Assembly: GCA_965226495.1 (NCBI GenBank)
Contig: OZ245365.1
Coordinates: forward strand, 2,176,001 to 2,240,000
DNA: 64,000 nt
From: Candidatus Marinacidobacterales bacterium
GTDB lineage: Bacteria; Acidobacteriota; Vicinamibacteria; Marinacidobacterales; DATDRI01
Direction: 5' to 3'
Every line of letters starts with the position of its first letter. Positions within the stretch are counted from its first letter, which is position 1. Of the stretch, positions 18,909 through 29,303 are shown one piece after another. Position numbers and translations under genes: made by a program. The notes below the pieces were generated by a model. It searched no databases. It worked only from the letters and a program-made list of their open reading frames with translations, and was not told the DNA's origin.

Positions 18909-21419
18909 ATGCCGGAGCTGAGATCTTTCCCTGAAGTTCCCGTCGAGAAGCTGCGCTGGCGGTGTGATCCCGAGATCTTTCGCTTCCAGACGACCCGAGA
19001 CATACCCTGTGCCACCGATATCATCGGTCAGGAACGGGCCATCAAAGCCATCAAACTGGGACTATCCGTCCCCTCGCGTGGCTACAACATCTACGTCCAG
19101 GGACTAACCGGCACGGGCAAAGAAACGACGGTGGAGTGCATTCTCGAGCAAGTGGCGACGGATTCCAGGATTCCAGGGGACAAGTGCTACGTGCACAACT
19201 TCGACAACGGCGACCGGCCTTTGATCCTCTACCTCCCGGCCGGGAAGGGTGCCGCGTTCCGCAAGGACTTGGAATACCTAATCGAGTACTTGGACCGGAC
19301 CGTCCCGGCGGTGCTCGAGTCGGAAGAGTTCCAAACCCGGCGCAACCAAATGATGGAGAAGGAAGGCCAAAAGGGGCGGGAGCTCATTCGAGAGTTCGAA
19401 GAACGCATCAAGAAGGAGAACTTCGTCCTCGTCGAGATCCGGTTCGGACCCGTTACCAAGACGGAAATCGCTCCCTTGGTAGAAGAAAAGCCGCGATCCG
19501 CAGCCGAGCTCGAAAAGATGTTGGCGCAGGGGAGCCTGGCCCGAGATGAGTTCGAGCGCATCGAAAAAGCGCAAGACACGCTAGGAGAGGAACTGGAAGA
19601 CGTCCTGAAGCACGCGAGAGAGATCGAAAAACAAATTGGCGAAGCCTTCAAGGCGCTGATTTTTGGGTTCGGTGCCGAGCTGGTGACGCCTCGGATCGAG
19701 GAGTTGAAAGGGAAGTACGAGGGTAAGAAAGTTCATGCCTATTTGGAAAACGTGCGCCACCACCTGCTCGAGAACCTCGAGACTTTCGTCAAGCGTGACG
19801 ACGAGGAAGGAAACAAACAGCTTGGGTTGGTAACTTTATTGCAAGGACAGCGAGACCGTTATCTCGAGTATCGCGTCAATTTGTTGGTAGACAACTCCCT
19901 AACCCAGCGGGCTCCCATCGTGGTCGAGAACCACCCAACATACCGGAATCTTTTCGGTACCGTCGAGCGTAATTGGGATCGGTCGGGGCAATCGCAAACC
20001 GACTTCACGCGCATCAAAGCGGGGAGTCTTCTCTTGGCCGATGGTGGCTATTTGGTCATTTCGCTGCTCGATATGCTCTCAGAGCCGGGCGTTTACCAAT
20101 CGTTGAAGCGCACCCTCAAGCACGATCAGGTGGACATTCAGGGTTATGACCCGATGTTTTTCGCGGCGAGCGCGATGAAACCAGAGCCCATCGAGGTTGA
20201 CGTTAAGGTGGTGCTTCTGGGGGATGCGCATTCGTACCAGACCCTTTATTCCTTGGATCCAGACTTTCGCAAGATCTTCAAAGTGAAGGCCGACTTCGAT
20301 ACCGTCATGGAGCGTGACGGGGAGGCGGTGCAGCGCTACGCGGAGTTCGTGGCCCGGATCACCGCGAAGGAGGAGATTCTTCCCTTCGATCGCACCGCGG
20401 TGGCGGCGGTGGTGGAGCAGGGTGTACGGCTTGCCGGCCGCCAGAGCAAGTTGAGCACGCGGTTCAGTGATGTCGCCGACCTGATCCGCGAGTCCGCCTT
20501 TTGGGCTAGTGAGGCGGGGAGCGAAGTGGTTCGGCAACAGCACGTCGATCGCGCGGTAGAGGAGCGTATCGATCGTTTGAGTCTGATGGAGACGAAGATC
20601 CGCGAGCTGATCCGTGACCGGATACTCATGATCGATATTGACGGAGCCAGCGTCGGACAATTGAACGGACTGTCGGTTTATGACCTCGGTGACTACCGGT
20701 TCGGGACCCCCACTAAGATCACCGCCGCGGTGGCGACTGGCCGCGGGGGGATCATTAATATCGAGCGCGAGGCCGACCTGTCCGGCCGCACCCACAACAA
20801 GGGCATGCTCATCTTGTCCGGCTACTTCCGGGCCAAGTTCGCACACCGCCGCCCCCTTAGCCTTTCGGCGAGTGTGGCGTTCGAGCAAAGCTACAGCGGT
20901 GTGGATGGAGACAGTGCGTCTTCCACCGAGCTCTATGCCCTTCTTTCCGCGTTGTCCGAGATTCCGCTCCGTCAGGACCTCGCCGTCACGGGCTCGGTGA
21001 ACCAAAAGGGCGAGGTACAGGCTATTGGGGGCGTGAATCAGAAGGTGGAGGGTTTCTTCGACGTTTGTCGCATCAGCGGTCTTACCGGAAAGCAGGGGGT
21101 TCTCATTCCCGCCTCGAACGTCAACGATCTAATGCTGAGGAAGGACTTGGTAGAGGCCATCGAAGCTGGGAAGTTCCATGTCTACCCGGTTCGTACGATC
21201 GAGGAAGGGGTCGAGCTACTTACCGGAGTAGTAGCCGGGGAGCGAGACGAGAAAGGGGCGTTCCCGGACGATTCGATCTACGGGCGCGTCGAGTCCCGAC
21301 TGCGGGAAATGACCCGGGGGATTAAAGAGCTGCAGTCAAAGGGGCGTGACGAAGAGGCGAGTAAGGACGGCGAGAACGGCGACGAAGCGAAGGACGGGAA
21401 GGCGAAGGACGACTCCTAG
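18909..21419 (+). CDS. Lon-like protease (LonC-type AAA-like domain with S16 protease domain)
   Basis: IIGQERA, GLTGTGKET, coiled-coil insert, catalytic DGDSAS and GGVNQK. Confidence 0.9.
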   Translation: MPELRSFPEVPVEKLRWRCDPEIFRFQTTRDIPCATDIIGQERAIKAIKLGLSVPSRGYNIYVQGLTGTGKETTVECILEQVATDSRIPGDKCYVHNFDNGDRPLILYLPAGKGAAFRKDLEYLIEYLDRTVPAVLESEEFQTRRNQMMEKEGQKGRELIREFEERIKKENFVLVEIRFGPVTKTEIAPLVEEKPRSAAELEKMLAQGSLARDEFERIEKAQDTLGEELEDVLKHAREIEKQIGEAFKALIFGFGAELVTPRIEELKGKYEGKKVHAYLENVRHHLLENLETFVKRDDEEGNKQLGLVTLLQGQRDRYLEYRVNLLVDNSLTQRAPIVVENHPTYRNLFGTVERNWDRSGQSQTDFTRIKAGSLLLADGGYLVISLLDMLSEPGVYQSLKRTLKHDQVDIQGYDPMFFAASAMKPEPIEVDVKVVLLGDAHSYQTLYSLDPDFRKIFKVKADFDTVMERDGEAVQRYAEFVARITAKEEILPFDRTAVAAVVEQGVRLAGRQSKLSTRFSDVADLIRESAFWASEAGSEVVRQQHVDRAVEERIDRLSLMETKIRELIRDRILMIDIDGASVGQLNGLSVYDLGDYRFGTPTKITAAVATGRGGIINIEREADLSGRTHNKGMLILSGYFRAKFAHRRPLSLSASVAFEQSYSGVDGDSASSTELYALLSALSEIPLRQDLAVTGSVNQKGEVQAIGGVNQKVEGFFDVCRISGLTGKQGVLIPASNVNDLMLRKDLVEAIEAGKFHVYPVRTIEEGVELLTGVVAGERDEKGAFPDDSIYGRVESRLREMTRGIKELQSKGRDEEASKDGENGDEAKDGKAKDDS

Positions 21420-21445
21420 GCACTTCGAGCCCACCTGCACTCACG

Positions 21446-22174
21446 ATGAAAAGGAACGCGTCCCAAGCCCTCCTCGCTGTTTTGCTGCTCTCTTTTGTCG
21501 CTCTAGAGTTTCTCTATCCTTCAGGCCCCGAGATTGCCGGGGAATCGTTTCGCCCCGACAGACGCAAGTACGAAACGGTGCGGGATTCATTTCCCGAGAA
21601 GACCATCGAATACTTCCTGGATGTGGGCTTCCGCCCAGAAAAAGGCAACCGTTCCCACATCCGTAAATGGAATGAGTCGCTTCGCGTCAGGGCGTTCGGC
21701 AGGCCGAGCGGGGACGACCGTAAAGCGTTGCGTCGAGCCGTTGACGAGTTGAGCCCCCTCATCGCCCCCCTGGAGATGACATCCACCGAGCGAGACCCTA
21801 ACGTCGAAGTTTATTTCTCGCGCGCCGCGGAGCTACCGAAGTACGAGCCCAACTATGAACCCGGGAGCCAGGGAACGTACTGGTGCTGGTGGTCCAGTGT
21901 TGGTGCGATCAATCGATGCCGCATCGTGATCGCGACCGATCTCACCTCTGAATCCGAACGCCACCGCGCCCTTAAGACCTTCTTACTTGGCGCGCTCGGG
22001 TTCATGGGCTCGCGGCCGGAGAGAGGGGAGGACAGCCTCCTCGACATTGCGCGTGAACCTGGACCACACGAATACTCCTCTCTCGACCGGGATCTCGTTC
22101 GGCTCCTTTATCGCGACGAAATTTATCCGGGGATGAGCCTTCGGACAGCGCGGTCGGTGTTGATCGCACCCTAG
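21446..22174 (+). CDS. DUF2927-like exported protein
   Basis: N-terminal hydrophobic segment; YFLDVGF...IRKW, N.EVYF, D..LVRLLY...I.PGMS pattern. Confidence 0.65.
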   Translation: MKRNASQALLAVLLLSFVALEFLYPSGPEIAGESFRPDRRKYETVRDSFPEKTIEYFLDVGFRPEKGNRSHIRKWNESLRVRAFGRPSGDDRKALRRAVDELSPLIAPLEMTSTERDPNVEVYFSRAAELPKYEPNYEPGSQGTYWCWWSSVGAINRCRIVIATDLTSESERHRALKTFLLGALGFMGSRPERGEDSLLDIAREPGPHEYSSLDRDLVRLLYRDEIYPGMSLRTARSVLIAP

Positions 22175-22182
22175 GCTGCAAC

Positions 22183-23703
22183 GTGTCGAGAGCCGTACTT
22201 TCCTTGATCGTTTTTGCGACCGGCGCCGCGATACTCGCGCTGGAGATTCTCGCTAGCCGTTACATGCTTCCGGTGTTTGGGACCAGCATTTTCATCTGGG
22301 GGGCGATCCTTTCGGTCACTCTCATCAGCCTCGCGGTCGGGTACCGATGGGGAGGCGTGCTGGGTGACCTATTGCCGCAACCGCACCTTCGATTGGTGCG
22401 GCATATTCTTATCGCGGCCGGGTGGATCGCGGCTCTTCCGGTTTGGGGCACCTTGTTTCTACGCTTGGGGCTTTCGACGGGTGCCCTGTTTGGCCCCATC
22501 GTCGTTGCCACGGTGCTCTTTGCGTTCCCCCTGACACTCCTCGCCACCAGCGTTCCACTTGCTTTCGGCAGTGCGCTCCAAGATGGAGAGCCCGGTCCTG
22601 GCAAAATGCTCGGTTCTCTTTTCGCGATAAGCACCGCCGGCTCGGTTCTCGGCGCACTGCTCACCGCCTACATCGCCGTACCTTTCATTGGTATGAACCG
22701 GGCCTTCCTCCTGATCGCGGCTTTGCTTTTCGTGATTGTGGCGCCGTCTGTTTTTCGCGGTACAGGGATCAAAGCTGCGATTCTGATCATTTCCGGCTTG
22801 GTTGGAAGCAAGCTCATCCCTCCGACCGCTCGCGGCGTTCTCGAACACAAAGCAGGGGTCCATCACCTTTATCGTGCCGATACTCGTTATGCGCAGGTTG
22901 ACGTATTGGAAGACGAGCGAGACGGCTCGCGAGTGCTTTTGTTGGATGGGGCGAGTCAGAACTGGGTGGCAGGCCGTAATTGGTCGGAGAGCCAGTTCGA
23001 CTACATCCCCGCGCTGCTGCATAACGTGGCGCGTTTCCGGCCCCCGCCGGGACGCGCGCTTGTTCTCGGGCTTGGTGCCGGAACCCTGGTGCGAGACCTC
23101 GATCGACTCGGATACCAGGTGGAAGCCGTAGAGATCGATCCGCTGGTGTATGAAGTCGCCCGGACCTATTTCTCTTTCCCCTCTGAGACGGCCACCTTGC
23201 ATTTCGCCGACGCCAGAGCCTTCCTCGAGCGAACGAGCGAGGCGGGAAAGACGTTCGACGTCATCATCGTGGATGTCACCGGCGGCGGGCATCATCCCGA
23301 ACACATTTACAATCGCGACGCCTACCTTTTGATCGAACGACTACTCGCGGACGATGGAGTTATGGGGGCCAACATGGTCGTCTTCACGCATGCGCCGTTG
23401 GATCGCGCCGCAAGATATTCCGTAGCGACCCTCGCCAGCGTCTTTCCCATCGTCGAGGCTGTCGACCTGCACCCGAATGCGGGGGAAACCGACGATCTTT
23501 CGCAATTGCTCTTGTTCGGGGCTTTTCGGGGACCTCTCGAGCCTTTCGACGAGGAGCGAGGGCAACGTCTGCTCCCGATCGAACAAGATCTCCGCCCCAT
23601 CACCGACGACTGGAATCCGCTTCCATTGTGGTCGATTCGTGCGAATGCGCGCTGGCACCACAACGTACGGGAGTGGTTGGGCGAGGCTTCCTACCTGCCG
23701 TAA
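22183..23703 (+). CDS. Fused MFS/spermidine synthase-like membrane methyltransferase
   Basis: About 7 TM helices (EILASR..P.FG.S...W, STAGS..G), then LVLGLGAG, VEIDP, DAR.FL, FD.II.D, TDD.NP. Confidence 0.9.
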   Translation: MSRAVLSLIVFATGAAILALEILASRYMLPVFGTSIFIWGAILSVTLISLAVGYRWGGVLGDLLPQPHLRLVRHILIAAGWIAALPVWGTLFLRLGLSTGALFGPIVVATVLFAFPLTLLATSVPLAFGSALQDGEPGPGKMLGSLFAISTAGSVLGALLTAYIAVPFIGMNRAFLLIAALLFVIVAPSVFRGTGIKAAILIISGLVGSKLIPPTARGVLEHKAGVHHLYRADTRYAQVDVLEDERDGSRVLLLDGASQNWVAGRNWSESQFDYIPALLHNVARFRPPPGRALVLGLGAGTLVRDLDRLGYQVEAVEIDPLVYEVARTYFSFPSETATLHFADARAFLERTSEAGKTFDVIIVDVTGGGHHPEHIYNRDAYLLIERLLADDGVMGANMVVFTHAPLDRAARYSVATLASVFPIVEAVDLHPNAGETDDLSQLLLFGAFRGPLEPFDEERGQRLLPIEQDLRPITDDWNPLPLWSIRANARWHHNVREWLGEASYLP

Positions 23704-23940
23704 GAATTGATCTCCCGCTTCAGATCGCGGCAAGGGACGACGACTCTCCGTTGCGACGCTTCCGTGACGATTCTTGAGAAAGGGTCGTCCAGTGTGATAC
23801 ACGGTTGTCATTAAAGCTGCATCCTTTGGCTAGCCGCACATGATCCGCCGGCGCCAGGCAGAGCGTCCGCATACTCCAAACGATGGCGTAACAAGCCAGC
23901 GTTTCGACGTTACTTGGATCGTGTCCCGAAACGCGGAACA

Positions 23941-24852
23941 TCATCTAGCCTGAATCATCTTCAGCACGGCAAGAAAGAGCACGCTGTCCTGGTCTCCAAG
24001 AGACAAGGCAGTCTGGTCGTGATTTTCGTCTTCTAAAACGACGAGCTCCGCTTTGACACCCCTGGCTTTCATATTGTCGACGAGCTCCCGCGATGTGGCT
24101 TCGAAGGGCTCCAGGGAACCGAAGGCAACAACGGCTCGAGGAACCGGGTTGTCCACGTTTAGGATCGGGCTTGCCTCGGCTCGAAGCTCCGGGTCGGGTA
24201 CGTAGCCATCGATCTCACCGGACCGCCGAACAGCGCGCAGGTCGTAGGGACCGCTGACCGGGGCGACACCTTTGATGAGTCCTTTGGGTAGGCCCATTTT
24301 CTCTCGCCATGTGCCCCTCACCCCGACGTACGCAGAAAGAATCGCTCCCGCCGAGTGCCCACCGACATAGACAAGGTCTGGATCGCCCCCATACTTTTGA
24401 ATGTTCTGGTGAATCCAGCGAACCGCGGCCGCGACATCCTCCGGTTGATCCGGGAAGTGAAATCCCTGACCAGTGAGCCGATAGCTGGCTACCGCAGTAA
24501 TGATGCCGTTTGCGGCGAACGGCGTGGCGATATAGCCGTAGTGAGCGCGATCCCCTTCACGCATGCCGCCTCCGTGCAGGAACAAAAACGTAGGAGCGCC
24601 CTCCGGCTTTTCCTTGGGCAAGTAGAGATCCAGTTTCTGTTTTGGATCGTCGCCGTAGGGTAAGTCCAGATGGTGGGGCAGCTCCTTCCGTGCCTTGGCC
24701 GTACGCTCATCACACGTTTCATAAAAACCGACCCAGTCCATGCTGAACTCGTCAGCATGTTGGATGGTGTAATATTTCGACTTGTCCTGGCCCGCGGACG
24801 GAGAGGAAATTAGGACACCGAGGAATAGGAGGCCCATCATTTTCTTGCTCAT
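23941..24852 (-). CDS. Secreted alpha/beta hydrolase (arylformamidase/esterase-like)
   Basis: Signal peptide; LDLY.P, FLHGGG, GHSAG nucleophile elbow, C-terminal His. Confidence 0.85.
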   Translation of the reverse strand: MSKKMMGLLFLGVLISSPSAGQDKSKYYTIQHADEFSMDWVGFYETCDERTAKARKELPHHLDLPYGDDPKQKLDLYLPKEKPEGAPTFLFLHGGGMREGDRAHYGYIATPFAANGIITAVASYRLTGQGFHFPDQPEDVAAAVRWIHQNIQKYGGDPDLVYVGGHSAGAILSAYVGVRGTWREKMGLPKGLIKGVAPVSGPYDLRAVRRSGEIDGYVPDPELRAEASPILNVDNPVPRAVVAFGSLEPFEATSRELVDNMKARGVKAELVVLEDENHDQTALSLGDQDSVLFLAVLKMIQAR

Positions 24853-25052
24853 GGTCCGACTCCTTTGAAAGTCATAGCCGCCGCCCATCAATGCAGCCCT
24901 ACTTACAACCTTTTGTTGTTCTAATCAAACCCTCTATTTGGCGGTGCGGTGAAGCAGGACAAGTTTTCAGACGAGGTCTCGCTCTTTCACGGTAGCAGCC
25001 GAAAAGCCCCTTTGAGTTTCGCAACGGACGGGACCGCGTTCTATAGTAGGTT

Positions 25053-26257
25053 ATGAGAAGCGGTCGGCGTTTTGGATGCGTTGCCGCATTGGCGTCTTGC
25101 AGCCTCGCATCTGCCGTCCAAGACCCTCCGACGGATCGCATTCTCGAGATCGACGTCATACCCGCCGCGGATGGTGATTTCGCCCGGGCGTTCGACGTTG
25201 CACAAGAAGCGGGAATGCAAGCCGTCTCCATGTCAGTGGACTGGAATACGATCGACATCGGCACGGACGACACGACAGACCCGCCGACTCCGATCTATGC
25301 GCCGGATCCGGATACGGATTTTCTTGCGATCGCGAACGCTTGCTATCCGAACACCAACACGATGGTGAGCCTCACCTTGCGTCCAATTACCACGCTCACG
25401 CGAGAAGCGCCGCCCGGCTTCGAGGACATGTCGTTTGACGATCCACGAATGATCGATCGCTTTTCGCGGTTCCTCGACGAAGTGTTTCGACGGATTCCCG
25501 ACTCGGAGCTGACGTCACTTGTCATTGGGTCGGAAGTCGACCTGTACCTGGTCACCGCCAACCGGCGCGCCGAGTATTTGAGCTTCTACTCCGCGGTGAG
25601 CGCGCATGCTCGAAGTGCCTACGCGCAAGCCTACCCCAGCCGCGGGCCCCTCAAGATTGCCGTCGAAGCCACATTCGAAGCTCTGACGTCTCCCGAGACC
25701 GAGGCTTACTACCAGCAGCTCAACACGTTCAGCGATGTCATCGGTGTCTCGTACTATCCTCTGACGGATGGGGTCGTCCGTTCTCCCGACACGGTCGGGG
25801 AGGACTTTGCGCGTCTGGTGGCGGCGTACGCCCAAGCTCCGGTCTTCTTTTATCAGCTCGGTTATCCGTCCGGGTACTACAGCGGCAACGCCTACCCCGA
25901 GCTCGAAGCGGGAGACGTGAAGCGCTCGCTGAAAAGCTCCAGCATCAAGCAGGCGCGTTTCATCACCGAAGTGTTCCGGGATGGGACGAGCACGGATCGA
26001 TCCACTTGATCGATTTCACCTGGCTCACCGATCTGTCGCGCGAGAACGTTTTCGAGACCACTAGCAATCCCTCGTTTGGCGGAACGGGCGACCCGAGCCC
26101 TGATTTCGTTGAATTTCTCCGCACGCTCGGTCTTCGAACCGATGTCGGTCCCGGTGACGGGCTAACGGGAGTGGACAAGCCCGCGTTCCTCAGGTTGTTA
26201 TCTGAAGCTGCTGCAAGGGGCTGGGTCGACTCCGGGTTGAGATTCCACTGCCAGTAG
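25053..26257 (+). pseudogene. Frameshifted glycoside-hydrolase-like (TIM barrel) lipoprotein
   Basis: ORFs 25053-26009 and 26006-26257 join by a -1 shift near 25980 (VFR/WDEH..IHLIDFTWL). Lipobox-like LASC, IGSEVD, DVIGVSYYP, QLGYPS. May be a sequencing error. Confidence 0.65.
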
Positions 26258-26296
26258 CCGGCTGCCCCTGGACCGAGCGCTAGAAACACCCTCTCC

Positions 26297-28183
26297 ATGA
26301 CGCTTCTCGCCTTCAACGGTTTATCTTTTGACATCGGCGACCTGTCGATCCTCCGTGGCGCCGCTCTGGCGCTCGACGCCGGCGAGCGTGTCGCCCTCAT
26401 CGGCCGCAACGGTGCGGGCAAAACGACGCTCCTTCGACTTCTCGCTTCAGAATTGAAACCAGACGCGGGAGACATCCGGCGCAAGCGCGACTTGCGGGTG
26501 AGCCGCCTCGACCAAACACTACCCGAATCCGGCGGGGACGAAACCGTCTCGGAGTACGTCGCGGCCGGGCTCGCGAAGGTCCAATCGATTGTCGATCGCT
26601 ACCAGGCCCGGGCCGGGAATGCGACCGACGCCGCCTCGATGAAAGGGCTCGACGAACTCCACCATCGCATCGACGCCGAGGATGGATGGAACCTATCGGG
26701 CCGCGTCGAGAGTCTGCTCGCGGAAATGGGTCTTCCCGCCGAACAACGCATGCGCGAGCTTTCCGGTGGTTGGCGCCGTCGGGCGGCACTCGCGCGGGCT
26801 CTCGTCTCGCGCCCGGAGCTTCTGATGCTCGACGAGCCGACGAACCATCTAGACGTGACGACGATCGAATGGATGGAAGAGCGTCTGCGGGGCTTCCCGG
26901 GCGCCCTTCTCTTCGTGACCCATGACCGGGCGTTTCTCGAGCGGTTGGCCACGCGTATCGTCGAGTTGGATCGGGCGGTGCTCACGAGCTGGCCGGGCGA
27001 CTACGGAAACTTCCTACGGCGAAAGGAGGAGGTGCTCGCGGTGGAGTCTCGGACGGACGCTTTGTTCGACAAACGCCTCGAGGAGGAAGAAGCCTGGATC
27101 CGGCAAGGTATCAAGGCGCGCCGTACCCGGAACGAGGGACGGGTGCGTGCGCTCGAGGCGATGCGCGAAGCCTATGCCGCTCGGGTCGGTCCCCAGGGCA
27201 AGGCGCGTATCAGCATAGAACGGGCGAAAGCCTCGGGCCGTCGCGTCATCGAGCTCGAAGGTGTTGGTCACGGGTTCGAGGCGGAGTCGCTCTTCGAAGA
27301 CGTCTCTCTCATGATCCTGCGCGGCGACCGTCTCGGGCTCGTCGGCAACAACGGTGTGGGCAAGACCACGCTTTTACGCATCCTGCTGGGTGAGCTCGAG
27401 CCGCGGGCGGGGACGGTGACGATCGGCGTCAATCTCGAGATTGCTTACTTCGATCAGCTACGACGTGACTTCGATCCGACGAAGAGCGTGGTGGACGTTG
27501 TTGCCGAGGGGAATGAGTTCGTCACCATCAATGGGAAGGACCGTCATGTCATCGGCTATCTCAAGGGGTTTCTCTTCAGCCCCGAGCGGGCGGTCACCAA
27601 GCTCGCCGCACTCTCGGGTGGCGAGCGCAACCGGGTCATTCTCGCGCGCCTCTTCGCCCGCCCGTCGAACCTCCTGGTGCTAGACGAGCCCACCAACGAT
27701 CTCGACCTCGAGACGCTCCAAGTTCTCGAAGAACAGCTGATGGACTACACCGGCACGTTGATCGTGGTCAGCCACGACCGCGCGTTTCTCGACAATGTCG
27801 TCACTGGCACGCTGGTCTTCGAAGAGGGTGGCGCTGTCGACCGATATGTTGGGGGTTACAGTGACTGGCTGCGTCACGGAAAAAGGCTGGCCGTCAAGGA
27901 AGGCACCCGTCGTGTCCCCGGCTCCAAGCCGTCGTCCGAAGCGGCGGAGAAACCGCAGCGCGCCAAGAAGAAGCGGAGCTACAAGCGACAGCTCGAGCTC
28001 GACGCGCTTCCGTCACGCATCAAAGAGCTGGAAGACGAGCTCGCGGAGCTCGAAACGCGTGCCGCGGCGCCGGATTTCTATTCTCAGCCGTTCGAGAAAG
28101 TCGAGCCGGTGCTGAACGAAATCGCCGCGACCAAACAAACGCTCGAAAAAGTACTGGAGCGATGGCTCGAGCTGGAAGGGTAG
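26297..28183 (+). CDS. uup: ABC-F family ATPase Uup
   Basis: Two ABC cassettes (GRNGAGKT, LSGGW, DEPTNHLD; GNNGVGKT, LSGGE, DEPTNDLD), linker EEAWIRQGIKARRTRNEGRVRAL, C-terminal ERWLELE. Confidence 0.93.
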   Translation: MTLLAFNGLSFDIGDLSILRGAALALDAGERVALIGRNGAGKTTLLRLLASELKPDAGDIRRKRDLRVSRLDQTLPESGGDETVSEYVAAGLAKVQSIVDRYQARAGNATDAASMKGLDELHHRIDAEDGWNLSGRVESLLAEMGLPAEQRMRELSGGWRRRAALARALVSRPELLMLDEPTNHLDVTTIEWMEERLRGFPGALLFVTHDRAFLERLATRIVELDRAVLTSWPGDYGNFLRRKEEVLAVESRTDALFDKRLEEEEAWIRQGIKARRTRNEGRVRALEAMREAYAARVGPQGKARISIERAKASGRRVIELEGVGHGFEAESLFEDVSLMILRGDRLGLVGNNGVGKTTLLRILLGELEPRAGTVTIGVNLEIAYFDQLRRDFDPTKSVVDVVAEGNEFVTINGKDRHVIGYLKGFLFSPERAVTKLAALSGGERNRVILARLFARPSNLLVLDEPTNDLDLETLQVLEEQLMDYTGTLIVVSHDRAFLDNVVTGTLVFEEGGAVDRYVGGYSDWLRHGKRLAVKEGTRRVPGSKPSSEAAEKPQRAKKKRSYKRQLELDALPSRIKELEDELAELETRAAAPDFYSQPFEKVEPVLNEIAATKQTLEKVLERWLELEG

Positions 28184-28286
28184 CGGGTGGACGACACGTC
28201 CCGACGGCGTCGTCGGTGAAGCGTTCTGGTCGCTCGCAGCCAAGGGACTCCATCGATTGGCGCGCTAATGATGCGCTTGCCGGTCG

Positions 28287-29267
28287 CTACGCGAAATTCA
28301 GGGCAACCAGCAGCGTCACAGGCACGATAGCCGCCCAGAGCAGGAGCGCGTGCCACACCACTCGGCCTTGGAGACTCTTCACGGTCTCGCGGGTGAATTC
28401 CATACCGATGAGGAATAGGGCCGCCACGATCAGCGCCTTGGAGGCATATTGCGTTACGTCGAAAACGATCTGAGGCACCGCCAGATGAGCCCGCGCCAGC
28501 GAGCCGACTATCGAAGCCAGGATGAACAGGCCGATGAAACCAGGTATCCGTATTTTGGTCTGCTCGGCCCGAGTCGGGAAGCTGAAGACCAGAGCGAGCG
28601 GGATCAGCCACAGGGTTCGGCCTAGCTTCAGGGTGGTGGCAACCTCGGCCGCTTTAGCCCCGTACACCGCGGCCGTAGCCACGACCGAGCTGGTGTCGTG
28701 AACCGCCAGCGCGGACCAGACACCGAATTGCGCCTGAGTCATGTCCAGCCAGTGACCCACCATGGGGAAGGTAACGAGCGCGACCATGTTAAGCGTGAAG
28801 ACGATGGCAAGCGCCACCGCCAGCTGATCGGCGCGAGCCTTCAGAATAGGGCTGAGCGTCGCAATGGCAGTGGCCCCGCAGATCGCGCTCCCCGCGGAAA
28901 TCAAGCGGGTAAGAATCCCGTTCACGCCAATCAGGCGCCCTAGCAGCATGCCCGCTCCCAGTGTGAAAAGAACATAGAGCGCGATGAGGCCCGCGTAATC
29001 CCTGCTCACTTCCCACATGTTTTGGGCATCCAGGTTGAACCCCAACAATACGATGGCGGCTTGGAGCGTGAACTGGCCGTAGCTACTCGCGTTCTCCGTC
29101 AGGGGTCGATCGAGGGCCAGGGAGAGTCCGGCGCCGGCGATGATGGCGAGCAGCGGGTTACCCCAGAGAATCAGGGGCACCAACGCCACCGGGACGAGCC
29201 CCAGCGTCCAATCCGTTGACGCGGGACGGATTGTGGCTACTGCCGCGTCGTCCTCCCGTTCTGGCAT
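28287..29267 (-). CDS. YeiH/UPF0324 putative sulfate exporter family membrane protein
   Basis: AIVLLGF, GSAICGATAIA, FGVWSALAVHDTSSVVA, KLGRTLW. Confidence 0.9.
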   Translation of the reverse strand: MPEREDDAAVATIRPASTDWTLGLVPVALVPLILWGNPLLAIIAGAGLSLALDRPLTENASSYGQFTLQAAIVLLGFNLDAQNMWEVSRDYAGLIALYVLFTLGAGMLLGRLIGVNGILTRLISAGSAICGATAIATLSPILKARADQLAVALAIVFTLNMVALVTFPMVGHWLDMTQAQFGVWSALAVHDTSSVVATAAVYGAKAAEVATTLKLGRTLWLIPLALVFSFPTRAEQTKIRIPGFIGLFILASIVGSLARAHLAVPQIVFDVTQYASKALIVAALFLIGMEFTRETVKSLQGRVVWHALLLWAAIVPVTLLVALNFA

Positions 29268-29303
29268 AACTAGAAAGTATATGCTTGTAACTAAATCCAG
29301 CGA

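Noticed and set aside
28190-28220. Intrinsic terminator after uup
   Set aside because: Short GC hairpin (CCGACG/CGTCGG) without a U-tract; not enough support.
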